Shown one piece after another: positions 16,571-26,737 of a stretch of 64,000 nucleotides of DNA (position 1 is the stretch's first letter; the number at the start of each line of letters is the position of its first letter). The notes under the pieces were generated by a model, which searched no databases, was not told where the DNA came from, and was given only the letters and a program-made list of their open reading frames with translations. The stretch covers positions 16,828-80,827 of the forward strand of contig JALSKC010000003.1 of assembly GCA_026989055.1 (NCBI GenBank), written 5' to 3'. Position numbers and translations under genes: made by a program. The DNA comes from Paracoccaceae bacterium. GTDB taxonomy: Bacteria > Pseudomonadota > Alphaproteobacteria > Rhodobacterales > Rhodobacteraceae.

Positions 16571-19500
16571 ATGCATCTTCTCGCGGCCACTCCGGGCGCC
16601 ATCGATGACGGGCGCGAGCCGGTCGATCTGGGCCAGAGCCCGGCCGACGTGGTGTTCATCTCGGCCGCCGATACCGAACTTGCGGCGCTCTCGGAAGCGC
16701 GCGCCGAGATGGACGCCCCTCCAACGCTGCGGCTTGCCAACCTCACCCACCTGATGCACCCGATGTCGGTGGACCTGCACATCGCAAACTGCGCGAAGAA
16801 ATCCCGCCTGGTGATCGCCCGCATCCTCGGCGGCGCCGGCTACTGGACATACGGGCTGGAACAATACGCCGCCCATCTGCACGAGGCCGGCGTGCCCTTT
16901 GCCGCCCTGCCCGGCGACGACAAGCCGGACGAGGAACTGCTGCGCTTGTCCACCGTCAGCGACGAGGATTACCACGCGCTCTGGGCCTATCTGGTGGAAG
17001 GCGGGGCCGAGAACGCCCGCGCCTTCCTTGAGTATGCCCGCGCCATGCTGGAAGGCGGCGAAAGGCCGGCCCCCGCCGCGCCGCTGCTGCGCGCCGGCGT
17101 CTACTGGCCCGGCGCCGGCGTGGCCGAGCTTGCGACAGCGCGCGAAAACTGGGCCGAGGGCGCGCCCGTCGTGCCCGTCGTCTTTTACCGGGCGCTGGTG
17201 CAGGGCGCGGGCCTCAACCCGATCAACCGGCTGACGCGGGCGCTGCTGCGGCGCGGGCTGAACCCGCTGCCGGTGTTCGTCGCCTCGCTCAAGGATCCGG
17301 TTTCGGCGGCCACGCTGGACAGCCTGTTTGCCCAGGCCCCGCCGGACGTGATCCTGAATGCCACCGCCTTTGCCACCGGATCCTTCGGCGAAGGGGGGCG
17401 CGGCAAGGGGGCCTCGAACCCCCTTGCCGCGCCCGCCGCGCAGGGCGCGCCGGTGTTCCAGGTCGTGCTGTCGGGCTCATCCGAAGAGGCGTGGGAAAGC
17501 GGGCTTTCGGGGCTTTCGGCGCGCGACATCGCCATGAACGTGGCGCTGCCGGAAGTGGACGGGCGCATCCTGAGCCGCGCGATATCCTTCAAGGGCGAAG
17601 CCTTCTTCGACGAGGCCACCCAATGCCCCATCGCCAGCTACCGCGCCCGCGGCGACCGGGTGGATTTCGTGGCCGACCTGGCCGCGGCCTGGGCCCGGCT
17701 GCGCCGCACGCCGCCTGCCGAAAGGCGCATCGCCCTGGTGCTGGCGAACTACCCGAACAGGGACGGACGCCTGGCCAATGGCGTCGGCCTCGACACCCCC
17801 GCCGCCACCGTTCACGCGCTGAAGATGCTGCGCCGCGAAGGATACATGCTGCGCGGCATTCCCGAAGATTCCGACGCCCTGATGCGGGCCATTCTCGCCG
17901 GCCCCACCAACTGGCTGACCGACCGCGCAAGCCGCTCGGGCGGGGTGGAGCTGATGATGTCGGACTACCAGATCGCCTACGGCCAGTTGCCGCACGACCT
18001 GCGCGCCGCCATAGAGGAGCGCTGGGGCCCGCCCGAGGCCGACCAATTCTTCGAGCCCGGCGAGGTCGATTGCGGGTGCTTCAAGCTGTCGGTCCTGCAG
18101 TTCGGCAACGTGGTGGTCGGCATCCAGCCCGCGCGCGGCTACAACATCGACCCCACCGACACCTACCATTCGCCCGACCTGGTGCCGCCGCACAACTACC
18201 TCGCCTTCTACTTCTGGCTGCGGCATGTACACCGGGCCGACGCCATCGTCCACATGGGCAAGCACGGCAATCTGGAATGGCTGCCGGGCAAGGCGCTGGC
18301 GCTGTCGGCCTCCTGCTGGCCCGAGGCGGTGCTGGGGCCGGTGCCGCATATCTACCCCTTCATCGTCAACGATCCGGGCGAGGGCACCCAGGCCAAGCGC
18401 CGGGCACAGGCGGTGATCATCGACCACCTCACCCCGCCGCTGACGCGCGCCGAAAGCTACGGGCCGATGCGCGACCTGGAAGCGCTGGTGGACGAATATT
18501 ACGAAGCCGCGGGCGTGGACCCGCGAAGGCTCGACCATCTGCGCCGCGAGATCCTGTCGCTGACTTCGGTGACCGGGCTGGACCAGGATGCGGGCCTGTC
18601 GGGCGAGGACGAAGAGGGCGACCTGGCCCGGCTGGACGCCTATCTTTGCGAGCTGAAAGAGGCGCAGATCCGCGACGGGCTGCATGTGTTCGGCCTCTCG
18701 CCCGAGGGACGGCTGGCGCGCGACCTGCTGCTGGCGCTGTTGCGGGTGCCGCGCGGAGACGGCGAAGGTGCCAACGCCTCGCTGCTGCGCGCGCTGGCCG
18801 AGGATTTCGGCCTGGGCTTCGATCCGCTCGATTGCGACATGGCCGCGCCGTGGGAGGGGCCGCAGCCCGAGGCGCTGGCGGCGGTGTCAGGCGCGCGCTG
18901 GCGCTCCACCGGCGATACGGTCGAGCGGCTGGAACTGTTCGCGGCGCGGCTGCTGGATGAAGACGCGAGGTTCGCGCCCGGCACCGAGGGGGGGCGCATT
19001 TCGCGCCCGCCCTGGGGGGCGGGGTCGGGCGCGAACCGGATCGCAGGCGATCCGGGAAAAGGCAGCGTCGCGATGACGTCAGATACCCTTGCGAGCACTC
19101 CGGGCGAAAAAACCGCTGCCGTCCTCGACTACGCCCTGAATCACCTCGCCCCCACCATCGCCGCCTGCGGCCCGGCCGAGGGGGCAGGCCTTCTCGCCGC
19201 CCTTTCGGGGCAGTTCGTCGCCCCGGGGCCGTCCGGCGCGCCGACGCGCGGCCGGCCCGACGTGCTGCCCACCGGGCGCAACTTCTACAGCGTGGACAGC
19301 CGCGCCGTGCCCACCCGCACCGCCTGGGCTCTGGGCTGGAAATCGGCGAACCTTCTGATCGAGAAACACCTGCAGGAGCACGGCGACTGGCCGCGCGCGA
19401 TGCTGATCACCGCCTGGGGCACCGCCAACATGCGCACCGGCGGCGACGACATCGCCCAGGCGCTGGCCCTGATGGGGGTCAAACCGCAGTGGGACGCCAT

Positions 19501-20407
19501 GAGCCACCGCGTCACCGGCTTCGAGATCATCCCCGCAACCGCGCTCGGCCGGCCGCGCGTCGATGTCACGCTGCGCATCTCGGGTTTCTTCCGCGATGCC
19601 TTCCCGCAGCTGATCGCGCTTTTCGACAGCGCCGCGCGCGCGGTGATGGCGCTGGACGAGCCGCCCGAAACAAACCCAGCCGCCGCGCGCGCCCGCGCCG
19701 AAGGGGACAAAGGCCAGTTCCGGGTTTTCGGCGCCAAGCCCGGGGCCTATGGCGCGGGGCTTCAGGCGATGATCGATGAGCGCCTCTGGGCCGACAAGGC
19801 CGACCTGGCCGAAGCCTATCTCGAATGGGGCGGCTACGCCTATGGCGCCGGCAGCGAAGGCACCCGCGCGCGCAAGGCCTTCGAGGCCCGACTGCGCCAG
19901 GTCGAGGCCATCGTGCAGAACCAGGACAACCGCGAGCACGACCTGCTGGATTCAGACGACTACTACCAGTTCGAAGGCGGCGCGGCGGCGGCCGTGGCCA
20001 CGCTTCAGGGCCGCGACCGGCCCGTCTACCACAACGACCACTCGCGCCCCGAACGCCCCGTGATCCGCACCCTGGAGGACGAGATCGGCCGTGTCGTGCG
20101 TTCGCGCGTCACCAACCCGAAATGGATCGCGGGCGTCAAGCGCCACGGCTACAAGGGTGCCTTCGAGATCGCCGCCACGGTGGACTACATGTTCGCCTTC
20201 GCCGCCACCACGGGTGCCGTGAAATCGCATCATTTCGACATGGTGCACGAAGCGTTCCTGGAAGACGAGGAAACCCGGCGCTTCATCGCGGAACACAACG
20301 CCCCGGCCCTGCGCGAGATCGCCGAGCGGCTGCGCGAAGCCATCGAACGCGGGCTGTGGGTGCCGAAATCCAATTCGGCCCGCGCCCTGCTGGAAAGGCT
20401 CGCATGA
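16571..20407 (+). CDS. cobN: cobaltochelatase large subunit CobN
   Basis: About 1278 aa CobN/Mg-chelatase H family (MHLLAATPG..., HMGKHGNLEWLPGK, NVVQNQDNREHDLLDSDDYYQFEGG). The track ORF 16136 was trimmed to the ATG at 16571 because the N-terminal extension overlaps the GNAT gene. Confidence 0.93.
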   Translation: MHLLAATPGAIDDGREPVDLGQSPADVVFISAADTELAALSEARAEMDAPPTLRLANLTHLMHPMSVDLHIANCAKKSRLVIARILGGAGYWTYGLEQYAAHLHEAGVPFAALPGDDKPDEELLRLSTVSDEDYHALWAYLVEGGAENARAFLEYARAMLEGGERPAPAAPLLRAGVYWPGAGVAELATARENWAEGAPVVPVVFYRALVQGAGLNPINRLTRALLRRGLNPLPVFVASLKDPVSAATLDSLFAQAPPDVILNATAFATGSFGEGGRGKGASNPLAAPAAQGAPVFQVVLSGSSEEAWESGLSGLSARDIAMNVALPEVDGRILSRAISFKGEAFFDEATQCPIASYRARGDRVDFVADLAAAWARLRRTPPAERRIALVLANYPNRDGRLANGVGLDTPAATVHALKMLRREGYMLRGIPEDSDALMRAILAGPTNWLTDRASRSGGVELMMSDYQIAYGQLPHDLRAAIEERWGPPEADQFFEPGEVDCGCFKLSVLQFGNVVVGIQPARGYNIDPTDTYHSPDLVPPHNYLAFYFWLRHVHRADAIVHMGKHGNLEWLPGKALALSASCWPEAVLGPVPHIYPFIVNDPGEGTQAKRRAQAVIIDHLTPPLTRAESYGPMRDLEALVDEYYEAAGVDPRRLDHLRREILSLTSVTGLDQDAGLSGEDEEGDLARLDAYLCELKEAQIRDGLHVFGLSPEGRLARDLLLALLRVPRGDGEGANASLLRALAEDFGLGFDPLDCDMAAPWEGPQPEALAAVSGARWRSTGDTVERLELFAARLLDEDARFAPGTEGGRISRPPWGAGSGANRIAGDPGKGSVAMTSDTLASTPGEKTAAVLDYALNHLAPTIAACGPAEGAGLLAALSGQFVAPGPSGAPTRGRPDVLPTGRNFYSVDSRAVPTRTAWALGWKSANLLIEKHLQEHGDWPRAMLITAWGTANMRTGGDDIAQALALMGVKPQWDAMSHRVTGFEIIPATALGRPRVDVTLRISGFFRDAFPQLIALFDSAARAVMALDEPPETNPAAARARAEGDKGQFRVFGAKPGAYGAGLQAMIDERLWADKADLAEAYLEWGGYAYGAGSEGTRARKAFEARLRQVEAIVQNQDNREHDLLDSDDYYQFEGGAAAAVATLQGRDRPVYHNDHSRPERPVIRTLEDEIGRVVRSRVTNPKWIAGVKRHGYKGAFEIAATVDYMFAFAATTGAVKSHHFDMVHEAFLEDEETRRFIAEHNAPALREIAERLREAIERGLWVPKSNSARALLERLA

Positions 20408-20527
20408 TCCGCCCGGCCACACCATGAAGACTTTCCGGCAGGTTTCCGGAAAGCCCGCCCCCGGCAGTTGAACCCGAAACCGTTCCCTGCCGCCAGCCCG
20501 GCCCGGTACCGTCGCCGGGGCTTCCCG

Positions 20528-20848
20528 CTACCCGCGCGCCGGCAGGAGGCAATTCACCTCGGCCGTCACGATCGCCCAGTCGCCGCCGAGGCTCCCCGGC
20601 ACGATATGGCAGCCGGTGGCCCGTTCGATCGCCCGGTATCCCCTTTCCAGGGTCTGCGACAGGCTGGGGAGCATTTCCACCGAGACCCGATGCGCCTCGA
20701 CCGAAGTGCCGCCGGGCTGCATGTATACCCTGAACCGGCTGCCATCGACCGCAACCTCGCGCATCGCCCCGCCCCACATCTCGGGCGAAGGGCTGCCGCA
20801 GCCGGCCGGAAGCGTGAGCAGGAGGATCAGGAGAGTTCGATGCCACAT
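20528..20848 (-). CDS. small hypothetical lipoprotein
   Basis: 106 aa with a lipobox LTLPAGC after a hydrophobic leader. No family recognised. Confidence 0.5.
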   Translation of the reverse strand: MWHRTLLILLLTLPAGCGSPSPEMWGGAMREVAVDGSRFRVYMQPGGTSVEAHRVSVEMLPSLSQTLERGYRAIERATGCHIVPGSLGGDWAIVTAEVNCLLPARG

Positions 20849-20947
20849 GCCGCCAAACCTTGCGCATCGTGGTTAAATCTTTCCTAACGCCTCTTGCAAT
20901 GAGGGCATTCCGGTCGCAAGCTCCGCCCCCGCGACAGGAGGCAAGAG

Positions 20948-21556
20948 ATGACAGACAAACCCGACCGCCACGCGATGAAGATGGCCAAGAAAAAGGCCGC
21001 CCGCGACAAGATCATGGCCACGAAAACCGCCGAAAGGGGGCTGGTCATCGTCCACACCGGCAAGGGCAAGGGCAAGTCCACCGCCGCCTTCGGCATGATC
21101 TTCCGCTGCATCGCCCACGACATGCAATGCGCGGTGGTGCAGTTCATCAAGGGCGGCATGTCCACCGGCGAGCGCGACCTGATCATGTCGAAGTTTTCCG
21201 ACATCTGCGCCTTCCACACCATGGGCGAAGGCTTCACCTGGGAAACCCAGGACCGCCAGCGCGATACCGAAATGGCCCGCGCCGCCTGGGAAAAGGCCAA
21301 GGAGCTGATCCGAGATCCGGCCAACAGGATGGTGCTGCTCGACGAGATCAACATCGCCATCCGCTACGATTACCTCCCGATCGGCGAGGTGGTGAAGTTT
21401 CTAGGCGAAGAAAAACCGCCGATGACCCATGTGGTGCTCACCGGGCGCAACGCGCACGCAGACCTGATCGAGATCGCCGATCTGGTCACCGAGATGGAAC
21501 TGGTCAAGCACCCCTTCCGCTCCGGGGTGAAGGCCCAGATCGGGGTGGAATACTGA
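20948..21556 (+). CDS. cobO: cob(I)yrinic acid a,c-diamide adenosyltransferase
   Basis: GKGKGKSTAAFG P-loop, VVQFIKG, LLDEIN; CobO/BtuR family. Confidence 0.92.
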   Translation: MTDKPDRHAMKMAKKKAARDKIMATKTAERGLVIVHTGKGKGKSTAAFGMIFRCIAHDMQCAVVQFIKGGMSTGERDLIMSKFSDICAFHTMGEGFTWETQDRQRDTEMARAAWEKAKELIRDPANRMVLLDEINIAIRYDYLPIGEVVKFLGEEKPPMTHVVLTGRNAHADLIEIADLVTEMELVKHPFRSGVKAQIGVEY

Positions 21557-21608
21557 GCGGCAACCCCCCGCGCGCCGGGAACGGAAGACACACCGGCCCC
21601 TCGGGGCC

Positions 21609-23273
21609 TCATTTGCCCATCCCCTGCGCACGCGCCTCGCTCAGCGTCATCGAGGTGGAAAGCGCCTCGCCATCCAGCCGCAGCTCGATCACGGCCACTC
21701 GCCCCGAGGCACGCGCCCGCACAAACGCTTCGGGGAAATCCTCGCCGCGCTCCACCACCTCGCCGTGCCCGCCATAGGCCCGCGCCAGGGCCGCGAAATC
21801 GGGGTTGGCCAGATCGGTGCCGCTGACGCGCGCCGGATAGGTCCGCTCCTGGTGCATGCGGATGGTGCCGTAGCGCCCGTTGTTGGCGACGATCACGATC
21901 GGCGCCGCACCATGCTGCACGGCGGTGGACATCTCGTTCAGCGTCATCTGGAAATCGCCGTCGCCGGCCAGGCACACCACGCTGCGTTCCGGGTGTTCCA
22001 GGCTGGCGGCGACTGCCGCCGGAAAGCCGTAGCCCATGGAACCCGAGGTCGGCGCAAGCTGGGTGCCATGCTGCCTGAACCGGAAATACCGGTGCAGGAA
22101 GGCGGCAAAGTTTCCCGCCCCGTTGGTGACGATGGCATCCTCGGGCAGGTTGCCGGACAGCCAGCGCACCACCTGTTCCAGCTTCACCGCACCGGGGGTT
22201 TCCTTCGGCGCCTGCCAGGCCTCGTAATCGGCCCGCGCCGCGCGCCGCCAGTCGCCCCAGGGCACATCGCCCGGCGCATTGAGCGCACACAGCGCGCGCA
22301 GCATGTCCGGCGCGGCAGCACAGATCGCCAGATCGGTGCGCAGCCAGCTTCCGGGCAGGTCCGGGTCGGGGTGTACATGGATGATCTGCTTGCCCGGGGC
22401 CTCGGGCGTCACCAGGGTATAGCCGTCCGTCGGAACATCCCCGAAGCGTGTCCCGAACAGCAGCAGGAAATCGGCCGCCTTCAGCCGCGCTGCCAGCGCC
22501 GGGTTCATCCCCACGCCCAGGTCGCCGACATACTGCGCCGCGCCATTGTCCATGTAGTCCTGCCGCCGGAAGGTGACCGCCACCGGCAGGTCATGTGCCG
22601 CCGCGAATCGTTCCAGATCGGCCGCCGCCTGCGCGCTCCAGCCCGGCCCGCCGACAACCGCCAGCGGGCGGGCAGCCCGGGCCAGCATGTCCAGCACCTG
22701 CCCTGCCGCTTCCGGCGGCGGCGGCCGCTGCGCGAGCGGTTGCGGAGCAAGCGCCGCCCCGTCGCAGGGTGCGCTCAGCACATCCTCGGGCAGCGCCAGC
22801 ACCACCGGCCCCGGCCGGCCCGACATCGCCACCCGGAAGGCGCGGTTCACATATTCCGGCAGTCGGTCGGTGTCATCTACCTCGGCCGCCCATTTGGCCA
22901 TCGGCCCGAACACCGCCCGGTAGTCCAGCTCCTGAAACGCCTCGCGGTCTCGATGCGCCCGCGCGATCTGGCCTGCGAACATCACCAGCGGCGTCGAATC
23001 CTGGCGCGCCACGTGGATCGCGGAACTCGCATTGGTCGCCCCCGGCCCGCGGGTCACGAACACCACGCCGGGGCGCCCCGTCATCTTGCCCGTCGCCTCG
23101 GCCATCATCGCCGCTCCGCCTTCGTGGCGGCAGACGATGTTTTCGATACCCGAGCCGTGCAGCCCGTCCAGCACCGCCAGAAAGCTCTCGCCGGGAACCG
23201 AAAACACCCGTGAGACCCCATGCGCCTTCAGCTGATCCACAAGCAGTTGCCCGCCGTGCCGTCCGCCGCTCAT
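21609..23273 (-). CDS. thiamine-pyrophosphate-dependent enzyme (acetolactate synthase-like family)
   Basis: VFSVPGESFLAVLD, RHEGGAAMMAEATGK, and the TPP motif GDGDFQMTLNEMSTAV...NNGRYGTI. Start set at MSGGRHGG (23273). Confidence 0.85.
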   Translation of the reverse strand: MSGGRHGGQLLVDQLKAHGVSRVFSVPGESFLAVLDGLHGSGIENIVCRHEGGAAMMAEATGKMTGRPGVVFVTRGPGATNASSAIHVARQDSTPLVMFAGQIARAHRDREAFQELDYRAVFGPMAKWAAEVDDTDRLPEYVNRAFRVAMSGRPGPVVLALPEDVLSAPCDGAALAPQPLAQRPPPPEAAGQVLDMLARAARPLAVVGGPGWSAQAAADLERFAAAHDLPVAVTFRRQDYMDNGAAQYVGDLGVGMNPALAARLKAADFLLLFGTRFGDVPTDGYTLVTPEAPGKQIIHVHPDPDLPGSWLRTDLAICAAAPDMLRALCALNAPGDVPWGDWRRAARADYEAWQAPKETPGAVKLEQVVRWLSGNLPEDAIVTNGAGNFAAFLHRYFRFRQHGTQLAPTSGSMGYGFPAAVAASLEHPERSVVCLAGDGDFQMTLNEMSTAVQHGAAPIVIVANNGRYGTIRMHQERTYPARVSGTDLANPDFAALARAYGGHGEVVERGEDFPEAFVRARASGRVAVIELRLDGEALSTSMTLSEARAQGMGK

Positions 23274-23463
23274 CTGCACCCTCTCCAGCTCCGTTTCCCG
23301 ATACCGCCTGCATGGCATTGACGATGGCACGGGTAAAGGGATGGCGTCAGGCGGGGTCGGAAAACCCGATCGGCCTGCCGGCCGGGGCGCACGGGCAGAT
23401 CGAGCAGGCCGCCCCGACCGCATTTGCGATTGCCTTCCGGTTCGTCACGGCTAGCCTGCCGGC

Positions 23464-23963
23464 ATGTCCCGCAAGCCCGGCCAGATGCAGATCATTCACG
23501 ACAGGATGGCCCCGGCCCGCACCGCGGCGCTGCATGCCACGCTCGGACGCACCGGCCTGCCGCCCGGCCCCGGAGATCCGCTGCCGCCCTTCTGGCACAT
23601 GATCTGCTTCTGGGATGTCATCTGCTTCTGGGATGTCCGCCCGCTGCAGGAGCTGGGCCACGGCGACCGCCCGCGCACCGGCCTGGCCCGATTCCCGATC
23701 TCGGCCTGCCCCAGCGCATGCGGGCCGGCGGGCGGCTGGAGTTTCTCGCTCCCCGATCGTCGGACAGCCGGCCGAGAAGCGCTCGCTGCTCGAGGATGTG
23801 CAGATGAAGGAAGGCCGCAGCGGCAGGCTGGGGTTCGTCCGCCTGCGCCTCGACATCATCCGGCAGGGCCGACTGTGCCACCGGGGGAAATGTCTTCCGG
23901 GTGTGTGCTGCGGACGGGCGGCTGTGCATGGGGGCCCTGGCCCGCTGAAACGCCGGGCCGGAC
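23464..23963 (+). pseudogene. decayed HTD2/MaoC-like (COG3777-type) hydratase gene: multiple frameshifts, 3'-truncated
   Basis: Family-like segments sit in three different frames: PLPPFWHMICFWD (frame of 23464), PIPDLGLPQRMRAGGRLEF (frame of 23424), and VGQPAEKRSLLEDVQMKEGRSGRLGFVRLR (frame of 23615). It ends against the convergent oxidoreductase gene. Confidence 0.55.
23602..23637. repeat. perfect tandem duplication, 2 x 18 bp (ATCTGCTTCTGGGATGTC)
   Basis: Read directly. It gives the ICFWDVICFWDV repeat inside the pseudogene. Confidence 0.95.
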
Positions 23964-25007
23964 TCAGAGGCTGGCCTCGACGCGGAAATCGTCGGGTATG
24001 CCGTCGCGCCCCTCGAGCACCAGATCGGCCATCACCTCGGCAACCTTCGGCGCCATGCCGAAGCCGATCTTGAACCCTCCGTTGGCAATGTAATGCCCCT
24101 GCCGACCGGGCCAGGGGCCGAGCAGCGGAGCACGGCTCGCCGCCCGCGGCCGCACGCCCGCCCAGCGGCGCAGGACCGGCGCGCCCGCCAGCCGCGGCAG
24201 GGCAGAAACGGCCCGGGCGTGCAGCGCATCGAGCTGCGCATCCGTCGCGTCGGGGCTTGCGAAGTCGCGCTCGCTGGTCGAACCGACCGCCACCGTCCCG
24301 TTGTCATGCGCAACGATGTGGATCCCCGCACAGAACAGCTGCGCCGCTCCGGCTCCGGCATCATGTTCCAGCAGCAGGGACTGCCCCTTCACCCCGGTCC
24401 CGACCGGGCGGCCGAGCTCGCGCGAAAGCGCTTCCAGCCCCCGATAGCCGGTGGCCCAGACGACTGCTCCCCTTGCCGCCCCCTCCGTGCGGATCGCACC
24501 GCCGAGCGCCCGGATCGCCCCGGCCAGACTCGCACATGCCCGAGGCGGATCGAGCCGCGCGCTCAACGTATCGTGAACGACCATCCCGGTCGGACTGGCA
24601 GGAACCCAGGAACCGAACCCGCCGGCCGGGCAGACCCGCCAGCGCGCCCGCCCGTCCCACAGGGAATCGGCCTGTTTCGCCCGCGCCCGTGCCCGCTCCA
24701 GCGCCGCCGCATCGGCAACCGGCTGCAGCCGCCCGGTGCGGGCGTAGCCCGTTTCCTGCCCGGAAAGATCCGCCACAGCGCTCCAGAACCCGTCGGCCAT
24801 GAGCAGGCTCTCGAACTGGAAGGCCTTCTTCGCGTTCCAGTTCTCGGGCACATGCGGAGCCAGCGCTCCCACCGTTCCGCCACTGGCTCCCGCCCCGACC
24901 CCGCGCGGATCGATCACCGTGACCCGCGCTCCGCGACGCAGGCAGGCAAACGCCACCGACAGGCCGAAAATCCCCGCGCCCATCACCGTGACATCGGCCA
25001 TTGCCAA
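23964..25007 (-). CDS. FAD-dependent oxidoreductase (DAO family; MnmC C-terminal-domain-like)
   Basis: VTVMGAGIFGLSVA dinucleotide-binding motif. 347 aa glycine/D-amino-acid oxidase-like protein, divergent from the MnmC methyltransferase-domain gene. Confidence 0.8.
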   Translation of the reverse strand: MAMADVTVMGAGIFGLSVAFACLRRGARVTVIDPRGVGAGASGGTVGALAPHVPENWNAKKAFQFESLLMADGFWSAVADLSGQETGYARTGRLQPVADAAALERARARAKQADSLWDGRARWRVCPAGGFGSWVPASPTGMVVHDTLSARLDPPRACASLAGAIRALGGAIRTEGAARGAVVWATGYRGLEALSRELGRPVGTGVKGQSLLLEHDAGAGAAQLFCAGIHIVAHDNGTVAVGSTSERDFASPDATDAQLDALHARAVSALPRLAGAPVLRRWAGVRPRAASRAPLLGPWPGRQGHYIANGGFKIGFGMAPKVAEVMADLVLEGRDGIPDDFRVEASL

Positions 25008-25101
25008 GGCCGCCCCCCTTGCCCATTGTCATCACCGCACCGGCGCCGGAGACAAATGCCGGAACCGGGCGCCGGAACCAGAAATAGGGCATCGCTCCTG
25101 G

Positions 25102-25776
25102 ATGGACCAGACAGCACCGATAAGCTGGATCGACGGGCGGGTACCCCGCTCGTGCCGCTTCGACGATCCCTATTATTCCCCGCAGGGAGGGCTGGCCGAA
25201 ACCCGCCACGTGTTCCTGGCCGGAAACGGATTGCCGGAACGCTTCCGGCCCGGTTTTCACATCGCCGAGCTCGGCTTCGGCACCGGCCTGAACGCGCTGG
25301 CCGCCTGGGCCGCGTGGAATGCATCCGGCATGCGCGGCCCGCTGCGCTTTACCAGCTTCGAGGCCTTCCCGATCGCCCCGGACGACATGGCCCGCGCGCT
25401 GGCCGCCTTTCCCGAACTGGAAGAGCTGACGCGCGCCCTGCTGGCGTGCTGGTCCGCCGGCCCCGGCAGCTTCACCCTGCCCGGGCTGCGGCTGACGGTG
25501 ATCACCGGCGATGCGCGCCGGACCCTGCCCGCCTGGCCCGGGCGCGCGGATGCCTGGTTTCTCGACGGCTTCGCACCCGCGAAGAACCCCGAGCTCTGGC
25601 AGCCGGATCTGCTCGAACAGGTCGCCCGCCACACCCGCCCGGGTGGCAGCCTCGCCACCTATACGGCCGCCGGCCGGGTGCGGCGGGCGCTGGCGGATGC
25701 GGGCTTTCTGGTCGAGCGCCGGCCCGGTTTCGGGCGCAAGCGCCACATGACCGCAGCCCGGCTCGGAACGCGATGA
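25102..25776 (+). CDS. mnmD: tRNA (mnm5s2U34)-methyltransferase domain protein (MnmC N-terminal domain / MnmD-like)
   Basis: DDPYYSP, IAELGFGTGLN and WFLDGFAPAKNPELW motifs typical of the MnmC methyltransferase domain. The track ORF was trimmed to the ATG at 25102. Confidence 0.8.
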   Translation: MDQTAPISWIDGRVPRSCRFDDPYYSPQGGLAETRHVFLAGNGLPERFRPGFHIAELGFGTGLNALAAWAAWNASGMRGPLRFTSFEAFPIAPDDMARALAAFPELEELTRALLACWSAGPGSFTLPGLRLTVITGDARRTLPAWPGRADAWFLDGFAPAKNPELWQPDLLEQVARHTRPGGSLATYTAAGRVRRALADAGFLVERRPGFGRKRHMTAARLGTR

Positions 25777-26648
25777 GATCGACAGACCGCCCCGGCGCCG
25801 GCATCGCGCTCATGATTGCCGCAACCGCCGTCTTCGCCCTGCAGGACGGGGTCTCCCGCCATCTTGCCGAAACCTACAACGTGCTGATGGTGGTGATGAT
25901 CCGCTACTGGTTCTTCGCCGCCTTCGTCATCGCCCTGGCGCGGCGCCGGGCCGGCGGTCTGCGGGCGGCCGCGGCCAGCGGATATCCGCTGCTGCAGGCC
26001 TTCCGGGGCGCGCTGCTGGCACTGGAGATATGCGTCACCGTCCTGTCGTTCGTGCTGCTCGGGCTGGTCGAAACCCATGCGATCTTCGCGGTCTATCCGC
26101 TTCTGGTCGCCGCGCTTTCGGGGCCGGTGCTGGGCGAGCGGGTCGGCTGGAGACGCTGGGGAGCGATCGCCCTCGGGCTGGTCGGGGTCCTGGTGATCCT
26201 GCAACCGGGGCGCGGCCTTTTCTCGCCGGCAGCGCTGATCCCGCTGGCCGGCGCCTTCGGATTCGCGCTCTACGGGCTGCTGACCCGCCTGGTCGCCCGC
26301 CGGGACAGCACGGAAACCAGCTTCTTCTGGACCGGCACCGTCGGGGCGGCCGTCATGACCCTGGCCGGAATCGGTTTCTGGGAGCCGCTGGCCCCGGCCG
26401 ACTGGGGCTGGATGGCGCTGCTCTGCGTTTCCGGCGCCCTGGGGCACTGGCTGCTGATCCGCAGCTACGAGCTGGCAGAGGCAAGCGCCGTGCAGCCCTT
26501 TGCCTATCTGCAGCTGGTGTTCGTGACGGCAATCGGCATCACCGTCTTCGGAGAGGCGCTGCGCCCGGAGGTGGCGCTGGGCGCGGCGCTGGTGATCGGC
26601 GCCGGGCTGTTCACGCTCCGGCGCAATCGGCTCCGGGAAGGCCGCTGA
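25773..26648 (+). CDS. DMT-superfamily (EamA-like) transporter
   Basis: About 291 aa with roughly 10 predicted TM segments and two EamA-like halves. ATGA overlap with the upstream stop. Confidence 0.8.
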   Translation: MRSTDRPGAGIALMIAATAVFALQDGVSRHLAETYNVLMVVMIRYWFFAAFVIALARRRAGGLRAAAASGYPLLQAFRGALLALEICVTVLSFVLLGLVETHAIFAVYPLLVAALSGPVLGERVGWRRWGAIALGLVGVLVILQPGRGLFSPAALIPLAGAFGFALYGLLTRLVARRDSTETSFFWTGTVGAAVMTLAGIGFWEPLAPADWGWMALLCVSGALGHWLLIRSYELAEASAVQPFAYLQLVFVTAIGITVFGEALRPEVALGAALVIGAGLFTLRRNRLREGR

Positions 26649-26737
26649 CGGGGGCTGTCCGCTTCCGCTCCCGCCCCTCCGTCCCCGCCCCTCCGCTCCG
26701 GCAGGCGGAAACCCCGTGCGGCACGCACAGCCCGCCC

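Noticed and set aside
20873-20888. TTAA-N7-CTAAC element between the small lipoprotein gene and cobO
   Set aside because: The second half-site is mismatched at its first base, there is no functional link to CtrA-type regulons, and it is a single weak occurrence. It is treated as chance.
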